Below are positions 26,615 to 33,568 of a DNA stretch of 62,085 nucleotides, in pieces. The stretch comes from Candidatus Limisoma gallistercoris. GTDB taxonomy: Bacteria; Bacteroidota; Bacteroidia; Bacteroidales; Muribaculaceae. The first letter of the stretch is position 1. Every line of letters begins with the position of its first letter. Made by a program: the position numbers and the translations under genes. The stretch lies in NCBI GenBank assembly GCA_018712365.1, contig DVHD01000113.1, positions 1 to 62,085 on the forward strand, read 5' to 3'. Under the pieces are notes generated by a model, which worked only from the letters and a program-made list of their open reading frames with translations, was not told where the DNA came from and searched no databases.

Positions 26615-28138
26615 ATGAAAAAGAAATTATTTTTTGTAACGTTACCGCTAATCGCTTCGTTTCTGCTGTCGGGATGTTGGAATTTGAATTTCGATTTTGA
26701 CAGAGAGGAGGAAGAGATAGCCGGTTTCAACAAAAAGTTTGCCGAGGAGCTTGAAGAACACGGATATATCAGATCCGCCGAAAAAATAAGCCCCGCAGAG
26801 GTCGCGGGGATTGAAGAGCTCGATTTGAGTGGTGGTGACTTTTTTGGAGGATGGCTGAAGTCTTTGAAGGGAATTGAATTTTTTACTAACCTGAGGGTAC
26901 TGCGTTGTGACTCGCAGAAGCTTGAAAAATTGGATTTGAGCAAGAATACTGCTTTGGAAGAGGTGTCGATTGCCAACAATAACTTGACAGAGCTGAAAAT
27001 AAATAACTGTCAGTCGCTGCGGGTGCTTGTTTGCAGGAACAATGGGCTTGTGGCCAGTGAAGAGAATCCCTTGGGATTGGATTTGAGCGGTAATCCGGAA
27101 CTTGTGACGCTTGATTGCAGTTCTAATAAGTTGGAAGATCTGGATGTAGGGAATTGCGGAAAGTTGGACACTCTGTATTGCGAAGAAAACAACTTGCATT
27201 CTTTAGACCTCAAAAAGAATGGGCGGTTGAGGTTGTTGTCGTGTGGATACGGAAACAGTATCAAAGAATTGGATTTGAGCGGGAATACTGAATTGGTGGC
27301 GGTTGACTGTTCCAATAGCGGCTTGAAGGAATTGAATGTCGGGACGTGCAGTAAATTAGAGGAATTGAATTGTGAATCGACGGAGTTGGAAGTGCTTGAT
27401 CTTAGCAACAATGTCGCCTTGAAAGAATTGCGATGCTCTGAATGCAATCTGAAAAGTCTTGTTCTCGGTAAAAATATGCAATTATTGGAGCTTTATTGCA
27501 GCGATAACAATCTGACCGAATTGGACATCAGCGGAAATCTTATATTAGAAAGAATCGACTGCGAGGAAAACCAGTTGACATCTTTGGATATAAGTAAAAA
27601 TGCAGAATTACTGAGTATAAGCTGCGGGAAAAATCGGCTGACTTCTTTAGACATAAGTAAAAATGCGGAATTGTATATGCTGACGTGTGAGGATAACGAT
27701 ATCGGGGATATTGTGTCGGGGGAAAACTCCAAGTTGTACATACTTTTTTGTTCTGGCAACGAAATTCGCAGTTTTACTGGTATGCCGTCGATAGTGTGGC
27801 TTGAATGTGCGGACAACGGAATGGAAAGCCTTGACATTAGCGGCTGTAATGACCTTGGAGCTTTAAATTGTTCGGGAAACAGGCTTGCACTGCTGGACAC
27901 AGGCAACTGCCCGGAGTTATACACTCTTTTGTGCAAAGATAATCTTTTTGCAAGTCTCGATATTAGCGGGAATACAAAGCTGTCGAACTTTAATTGCGAG
28001 TCGAATCCCGGAGAAAACAATGTGATGAGAATCAAGGCGTGGTTTGACAGTGTGAATATTCCATGGGGCTTTGAGGGTACGACCGGACAGTATTATTACA
28101 ATGGTGCTGCCGTGCGGGTGGAATATTGGTGTGAATAA
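26615..28138 (+). CDS. Leucine-rich-repeat lipoprotein (about 17 LRR units of 21-22 aa)
   Basis: Lipobox LLSGC at residues 17-21. Repeating L-x-x-LD-(L/I)S-x-N-x-x-L-x-x-L-x-C-x-x-N-x-L units fill most of the protein. Confidence 0.85.
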   Translation: MKKKLFFVTLPLIASFLLSGCWNLNFDFDREEEEIAGFNKKFAEELEEHGYIRSAEKISPAEVAGIEELDLSGGDFFGGWLKSLKGIEFFTNLRVLRCDSQKLEKLDLSKNTALEEVSIANNNLTELKINNCQSLRVLVCRNNGLVASEENPLGLDLSGNPELVTLDCSSNKLEDLDVGNCGKLDTLYCEENNLHSLDLKKNGRLRLLSCGYGNSIKELDLSGNTELVAVDCSNSGLKELNVGTCSKLEELNCESTELEVLDLSNNVALKELRCSECNLKSLVLGKNMQLLELYCSDNNLTELDISGNLILERIDCEENQLTSLDISKNAELLSISCGKNRLTSLDISKNAELYMLTCEDNDIGDIVSGENSKLYILFCSGNEIRSFTGMPSIVWLECADNGMESLDISGCNDLGALNCSGNRLALLDTGNCPELYTLLCKDNLFASLDISGNTKLSNFNCESNPGENNVMRIKAWFDSVNIPWGFEGTTGQYYYNGAAVRVEYWCE

Positions 28139-28223
28139 AGGGTATCATTGTTGATTCTATGGGAGTGAGGGGGATTTAAGGTTATTTTTCAAACTAATAG
28201 CTGAATAATTGGAATATTCTGCC

Positions 28224-28231
28224 TATTTTTG
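28224..28231 (+). promoter_or_regulatory. -7 box TATTTTTG for the AraC-family gene
   Basis: Exact match that lies inside the annotated ORF start, which argues for the downstream ATG at 28254. Confidence 0.5.
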
Positions 28232-28253
28232 TGGGGTACGAAAAACGAGATTT

Positions 28254-29192
28254 ATGATTCCTGCTGTTAAAGAGATACCAAGAATATCAGTAAATAAGCT
28301 AATATCAATATTCCAGAAGGAGAAAAGCGACGCTTTCATACCGGGCTGCATGATAATATCGCGGACTGCTGACCGCGGCGCAGAATCGGAAAAGATACAC
28401 CAGTTGTCGCATCCGTTCAGCCTTGACGCATTCGTGTTCATGCTTTGCGAGTCGGGCGAGTTTGTAGTCACGACCAATTCCAACGACATACATCTGAAGC
28501 GTCACGATTTGTTCATCAATTTTCCGGGTCAGGTGATACATGTGGATGTCCCGGAAAGTTGCAAGGAGCCGGTGACGGTGCATATAGCGGTGATGGATCT
28601 CGCGTTTATCCATGAGATGAACCTTGACATAAAGCCGGTGGCACAGAAGTTGCTGGAGCTGAGGTCGTCGCAGATGATGGAGCTTACGGAAAAGGGCTTT
28701 TCGGAGCTTAATAACCTGATAAAGTCGATAACTGAAGAAATAAACAACAATGAGCCGGACAATGCCACGAACGACATTCTCCGCAGCCTGATAACGGCAA
28801 TATTTTTCAAGATAGGGCGTGTGGTTGACCAGAAGGCGACCGACAATCAGGGTGACAAGGAGGTGTTCGACAAAAACATACGCTATTTCAAGGAATTTAT
28901 GGTGCTTCTCGGGCAGCATTTCCGTAAGGAACGCTCGGTGGGGTTCTATGCTGACAAGATGCATCTCTCGGCGAAGTATTTCACTACTCTTATCAAGCGG
29001 GCGAGCGGGCAGACGGCTGCCGACTGGATTAATAATTATGTGATACTTGAGGCGAAGAATCTGCTGAAGTATTCTACGATGAACATACAGGAGATTTCGT
29101 ATAGCCTGAATTTCCCGAACCAGTCGTTTTTCGGGAAGTATTTCAAGCATCATACCGGGATGACTCCGAGCGAATACAAGAAAAGGAAGTAG
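28254..29192 (+). CDS. AraC/XylS-family transcriptional regulator
   Basis: C-terminal HTH_18 signature: SVGFYADKMHLSAKYFTTLIKRASGQTAADWINNYVILEAKNLLKYS..IQEISYSLNFPNQSFFGKYFKHHTGMTPSEYK. Confidence 0.85.
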   Translation: MIPAVKEIPRISVNKLISIFQKEKSDAFIPGCMIISRTADRGAESEKIHQLSHPFSLDAFVFMLCESGEFVVTTNSNDIHLKRHDLFINFPGQVIHVDVPESCKEPVTVHIAVMDLAFIHEMNLDIKPVAQKLLELRSSQMMELTEKGFSELNNLIKSITEEINNNEPDNATNDILRSLITAIFFKIGRVVDQKATDNQGDKEVFDKNIRYFKEFMVLLGQHFRKERSVGFYADKMHLSAKYFTTLIKRASGQTAADWINNYVILEAKNLLKYSTMNIQEISYSLNFPNQSFFGKYFKHHTGMTPSEYKKRK

Positions 29193-29196
29193 ATTA

Positions 29197-29424
29197 TTGC
29201 AGCTTTGCTGCAAGGTTATGGGTTATAGGTTAGGGGGTGCGACCGCTATGCTGCCGCACCCGTTGCACAGTCGTTTCAAGCACGACTTCTACGAGACCGA
29301 TGTCTTTGCCCTTTGCCTACCTACGGTCAAGGCCGTAGGTTACACGGCGACAGCCCCTCACGGGGCTGGCATCGTCGCTTCACTGATTAACCTCATAATC
29401 TTATGACCTTATAACCTCATAACC
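29197..29424. repeat. Composite repeat: hairpin + GGTTAT run + Y fragment + X core, closed by an inverted ATAACC run
   Basis: Left end is TTGCAGCTTTGCTGCAAGGTTATGGGTTATAGGTTAGGG. The centre matches the X core (GACTTCTACGAGACCGATGTCTTTG..CAGCCCCTCACGGGGCTGG). Right end is ATTAACCTCATAATCTTATGACCTTATAACCTCATAACC. Confidence 0.7.
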
Positions 29425-29434
29425 TTGTATGTGG

Positions 29435-30712
29435 TTATTTGAGGTCGAAGCCGATGTCGCGGCGGAAGTATTTGCCTTCGAAGTCGATTTTGGATATTGC
29501 GTCGAACGATTTTTCCAATGCTTCTTCTTTTGTATCTCCGTAGGAGCTTGCGGCTATGACTCGTCCGCCCGATGTGACGATTCCTTCCGGTGTGCGCTTT
29601 GTCCCGGCGTGGAAGAGTATCGAGCCGTCGACTTTTTCCAGTCCGGTTATTAGTTTTCCTTTTTCGTAGCTGCCGGGGTAGCCTTTCGACACCATCATTA
29701 CCGTGACGGCGTATCCCGGGGCGATTTCGAGCTTGCGCTCGGCCAGATTTCCGGAAGCCACGCCTTCGAGGAGGTCGACAAGGTCGCCGTCGGTACGGAG
29801 CATCACCACTTCTGTCTCCGGGTCGCCCATGCGCACGTTGTACTCTATGACCATCGGTTCGCCTTTGACGTTGATTAGCCCGAGGAAGATGAATCCCTTG
29901 TAGGTGAGGCGCTCTTCTTTCAATCCTTCGAGAGTCGGCAGGATTATTCGTTTGGTGACTTTTTGCATGAACTCGCCGTCGGCAAAGCTTACCGGCGACA
30001 CTGCTCCCATTCCGCCCGTGTTGAGTCCGGTGTCGCCTTCACCAATGCGCTTGTAGTCCTTGGCTACTGGCAGGATTTTGTAGGAATTGCCGTCGGTGAG
30101 GACGAATACGGAGCATTCTATTCCCGAGAGGAATTCCTCGATTACCACCGTGGCCGACGATTTGCCGAACATCCCGCCGAGCATTTCTTTCAGCTTTTCC
30201 TCGGCTTCTTCCAGCGTGGGAAGAATCAGCACTCCTTTCCCGGCCGCCAGACCGTCGGCTTTTAGCACGTAGGGGGCTTCGAGCGAGCGTAGGAACGCCA
30301 CTCCTTCAGCGTAGTTGCCGGCATCGACACTCATATAGCGTGCCGTTGGTATGCCGTGCCGCATCATGAATCCTTTGGCGAAGTCCTTGCTGCCTTCGAG
30401 CTGCGCGGCCGCTTTCGACGGGCCGATTACCGGCACCGCGTTCAGTTCTGGGTCGTTGGCAAAGAAGTCGTAGATTCCGGCCACGAGCGGGTCCTCGTTG
30501 CCTGCCACTACCATAGTCACGCCGTTGGCTTTGACGAAATCCTTGATTGCCGGAAAATCCATCGGCGACAGCGCTACGTTCTCGCCGTACTGGCTTGTCC
30601 CGCCGTTGCCGGGCGCTATGAAGAGTTTCTCCAACTTTTTGCTTTGTCTCATTTTCCAAGCGAGGGCCGATTCCCGGCCGCCCGAACCGAGCAGCAATAT
30701 TCTTTGACTCAT
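29435..30712 (-). CDS. purD: Phosphoribosylamine-glycine ligase
   Basis: [16 protein letters not shown], the ATP-grasp region, and a full-length 425-aa PurD-like sequence. Confidence 0.97.
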   Translation of the reverse strand: MSQRILLLGSGGRESALAWKMRQSKKLEKLFIAPGNGGTSQYGENVALSPMDFPAIKDFVKANGVTMVVAGNEDPLVAGIYDFFANDPELNAVPVIGPSKAAAQLEGSKDFAKGFMMRHGIPTARYMSVDAGNYAEGVAFLRSLEAPYVLKADGLAAGKGVLILPTLEEAEEKLKEMLGGMFGKSSATVVIEEFLSGIECSVFVLTDGNSYKILPVAKDYKRIGEGDTGLNTGGMGAVSPVSFADGEFMQKVTKRIILPTLEGLKEERLTYKGFIFLGLINVKGEPMVIEYNVRMGDPETEVVMLRTDGDLVDLLEGVASGNLAERKLEIAPGYAVTVMMVSKGYPGSYEKGKLITGLEKVDGSILFHAGTKRTPEGIVTSGGRVIAASSYGDTKEEALEKSFDAISKIDFEGKYFRRDIGFDLK

Positions 30713-30740
30713 GATGGGTAAAATATTTTTTATGATATGA

Positions 30741-32339
30741 TTAATCTGTTATTTCTTCGTCTTCTTTTTTATGGCGGTGGCGCATAGTCACCTCCCCTTG
30801 CGGGATTTCCGACTCGTCGAAGAGCCGCGGCTTGCGGAACCGCACGGCGCGGTTGACCTTGGCATCGTCGAATACAGGCTCCGGCCGCCGGGCGGGTTTC
30901 TCGCTGCGCATCCGTTCGGAGTAGGGCTTGTGGTATTTTTCCTCCAGCGCGTTCTTTGGCTTTTCGCGGCGCACACCACGCCGGTCGCGCTCGTACCGGT
31001 CGTCTTTCGCTTTAAACCGGCGCGGGAACCTGTCGTCCTGATTTTTCCATTCAGGCTTGCGCTCGTAATCCCTTTCCCTGCGCGGACGGCGTTCGCCGAA
31101 TGACGATTTTTCGCGCGGGCGGCGTGCCTCTTTGTCGGCCAGTTTGCGTTTGGCGTCGTCCTCCGGCTTGCTTTTCAGCCGGTTGCCCTCCTTGACAAAG
31201 TCGTCGTATCGTCCGCCGAAAATTACATATTCACGGAACTCGCATTCGATAGCCCCGTTGAGGACAGGTATCTTTTGCGACGCTTTCAGTCCTATCTTGT
31301 CGAAATATTCGTTTTTTTCGCCGATGACCCAAGCGTGATAGCCTTTGAACACGTTTTTCAGCCGGTTGCCCAACGCTTCGTAGAGGGCTTCCAAGTTTTC
31401 GTCGTTCAGCCGCTCTCCGTAGGGCGGGTTTGTGATGAGCATACCGTTTTCGGGGGCTTCCTCATAGTCTTGGACGGGCATCACTTTGAGGTCGATGTAC
31501 CGTCCTACCCGCGCGCTTCTTATGTTCTTGGCGGAGATGGCTATTGCCTTGGCCGATATGTCGGAGCCGTAAATCTTGTATTCGAAGTCGCGCTCCTGCG
31601 AATCGTCGTTATAGATTTCGTCGAGTATCTCGGGCTCGTAGTCTTTCCATTTCTCGAAAGCAAACGACTGGCGGTAGATTCCCGGGTTGATGTTCGCGGC
31701 TATGAGGGCGGCCTCGATGAGGAAAGTCCCGGAGCCGCACATAGGGTCGATGAGGTTGCATTGTCCGTGCCATCCGGCTTTCATAATCAGTCCTGCGGCA
31801 AGCACCTCGTTGATAGGCGCGTCGGTCTGCGCCACGCGGTATCCGCGCTTGTAGAGCGGCTCTCCGGAGCTGTCGAGTGAGATTATGACGTCGTTTCCGG
31901 CGATATGTACGTTGAGCAGCAAGTCGGCGTTGACGAGCCTGATGGACGGCCGGCGGTTGTATTTCCCCGTGAAATAGTCGGCGATTGCGTCCTTGACACG
32001 GTATGTCACGAATTTGGAATGCCGGAAAGTGTCGCTATAGACAGTGGAGTCGATGGAAAAGGTCTGGTCGGGGGTAATCAGTTTGTCCCATTCGAATTGC
32101 TTTGCCGCTTCGTATAGCTGGTCGGTGTCGTCGGCCTTGAAAGTGAGGAATGGTTTCAGTATCCGGAGAGCGGTACGGCAGCAGAAATTCGCCTTGTACA
32201 TTATTGTCTTGTCGCCTCTGAACGCCACCATCCTGCGCCCGGGCTCCACATCTTCCGCTCCAATGTTAACCAATTCACCGGCAAGCACGTCCTCAAGTCC
32301 CTGAAACGTTTTTGCCACTAAATCCATCTTTTCTTTCAT
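30741..32339 (-). CDS. THUMP-domain class I SAM-dependent RNA methyltransferase (RlmL/UPF0020-like) with a ~150-aa R/K/E-rich C-terminal tail
   Basis: THUMP-like N-terminus, SAM motif [14 protein letters not shown], catalytic NPPYGERL, then a low-complexity basic tail ([26 protein letters not shown]...). Confidence 0.85.
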   Translation of the reverse strand: MKEKMDLVAKTFQGLEDVLAGELVNIGAEDVEPGRRMVAFRGDKTIMYKANFCCRTALRILKPFLTFKADDTDQLYEAAKQFEWDKLITPDQTFSIDSTVYSDTFRHSKFVTYRVKDAIADYFTGKYNRRPSIRLVNADLLLNVHIAGNDVIISLDSSGEPLYKRGYRVAQTDAPINEVLAAGLIMKAGWHGQCNLIDPMCGSGTFLIEAALIAANINPGIYRQSFAFEKWKDYEPEILDEIYNDDSQERDFEYKIYGSDISAKAIAISAKNIRSARVGRYIDLKVMPVQDYEEAPENGMLITNPPYGERLNDENLEALYEALGNRLKNVFKGYHAWVIGEKNEYFDKIGLKASQKIPVLNGAIECEFREYVIFGGRYDDFVKEGNRLKSKPEDDAKRKLADKEARRPREKSSFGERRPRRERDYERKPEWKNQDDRFPRRFKAKDDRYERDRRGVRREKPKNALEEKYHKPYSERMRSEKPARRPEPVFDDAKVNRAVRFRKPRLFDESEIPQGEVTMRHRHKKEDEEITD

Positions 32340-33268
32340 GCCTTGTCTTCTTGCTTAAATCTTAAAATATTATTGGCTTTAGCCTGAACTAACTTCTCGT
32401 TTTCCGCCACATCCTCCGTGACCCAGATGTTACCGCCGATTACCGCGTTGTTGCCGATTGTTATGCGCCCGAGAACCGAAGTGTTGGAATAGATTACCAC
32501 GTTGTCGCCGATAATCGGGTGGCGCGGTATCCCTTTGACGGGGTTGTTGTTCTCGTCGTAGGTGAAGCTTTTCGCGCCGAGCGTCACACCTTGGTAGAGC
32601 TTAACGTTGTTGCCGATGATTGCGGTAGCTCCGATAACCACTCCAGTGCCGTGGTCGATGGCGAAATATTCACCAATGGTAGCTCCCGGATGAATGTCGA
32701 TTCCCGTCTCCGAGTGGGCCATCTCGCTTATCATGCGCGGGATGACCGGCACGCCGAGGGTGAGCAGCGCGTGGGCTATGCGGTAATTGCTTATCGCCTT
32801 TATTGCCGGATAGCAGTAGATTACTTCCTCACGGCTTTCCGCCGCCGGGTCGCCGCGGTAGACGGCGCATACGTCGGTATGCAGCACTCTCCTGATTTCC
32901 GGAAGCCGGGAGATGAAGTCCATGGCGATGTCGTCGGCATTTTTAGCGATTGCGTTGTGGTCGATTCCCTTGCAGTTGCATTCCTTCAAGGCCAATCCTG
33001 CCGCAATCTGGTTGCACAGGAGCGAGTAGAGCCTTTCGCAGCGCAGCCCGGTGATGTATTCGAGGTTGTAGGAATTGACATCGTCGTTGCCGAAGAATCC
33101 CGGGAAGAGTATTTCGCGGCACAGCCCGATGATTTCCTTGATGGCCGGTTGCGACGGCAACGGCTCACCGTTCCAGCGCATGTGGCACAGGTCGTAGAAC
33201 GACCGGCTGCCTGACAGTTCTGCCACTGTCGCTTTCAGCTTGTCTTCGTGTCGGTAGGTCTTGTTCAT
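32336..33268 (-). CDS. cysE: Serine O-acetyltransferase
   Basis: Left-handed beta-helix hexapeptide region GIDIHPGATIGEYFAIDHGTGVVIGATAIIGNNVKLYQGVTLGA. Start moved to MNKTYR (33268) because the ORF's first ATG lies inside the promoter box. Confidence 0.85.
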   Translation of the reverse strand: MNKTYRHEDKLKATVAELSGSRSFYDLCHMRWNGEPLPSQPAIKEIIGLCREILFPGFFGNDDVNSYNLEYITGLRCERLYSLLCNQIAAGLALKECNCKGIDHNAIAKNADDIAMDFISRLPEIRRVLHTDVCAVYRGDPAAESREEVIYCYPAIKAISNYRIAHALLTLGVPVIPRMISEMAHSETGIDIHPGATIGEYFAIDHGTGVVIGATAIIGNNVKLYQGVTLGAKSFTYDENNNPVKGIPRHPIIGDNVVIYSNTSVLGRITIGNNAVIGGNIWVTEDVAENEKLVQAKANNILRFKQEDKA

Positions 33269-33289
33269 CGGAATGCTGCTTTGATGCTG

Positions 33290-33297
33290 CAAAGGTA
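33290..33297 (-). promoter_or_regulatory. -7 box TACCTTTG for cysE
   Basis: Reverse complement of caaaggta matches TAnnTTTG, 22 nt upstream of the ATG at 33268. Confidence 0.5.
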
Positions 33298-33338
33298 CGA
33301 CTATATGAGGGTATTTAAAAGAGCTTAGGCAGTTTTTT

Positions 33339-33568
33339 TGCGGCTGTCGCCGCAGGTTATTGCAGCTGAAGCTGCGGGTTATTGCGGCTGTCGCCGCAGG
33401 TTATGGGTTATGGGTTATGGGGTGCGACCGCTATGCGGCCGTCGGGTGGTGGGGTGGTGTGACCCCAAGCTGCGCTCCGCTTACTTGGGGTTCTCTGGAG
33501 TGCCGCCGCTTTGCGGCTTTATTGCGGCTGAAGCCGCAGGTTATAGGTTATGAGGTTATGGGTTAGGG
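33339..33568. repeat. Array of hairpin-GGTTAT units (three tandem 22-nt units + Y module + one further unit)
   Basis: TGCGGCTGTCGCCGCAGGTTAT / TGCAGCTGAAGCTGCGGGTTAT / TGCGGCTGTCGCCGCAGGTTATGGGTTATGGGTTATGGGG. Then GTGCGACCGCTATGCGGCC, the hairpin 33463-33490, and TGCGGCTGAAGCCGCAGGTTATAGGTTATGAGGTTATGGGTTAGGG. Confidence 0.8.

Noticed and set aside
28305-29213. 302-aa ORF antisense to the AraC regulator
   Set aside because: The sense frame carries a clear HTH_18 signature and a promoter. The antisense frame is a low-complexity L/R/H-rich sequence.
33377-33410. GGGTTAT heptamer runs as telomere-like or G-quadruplex repeats
   Set aside because: The G-tracts are only 2-4 nt long and irregular. 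The words always accompany the hairpin units in both orientations, so they are better explained as part of the REP-like module.
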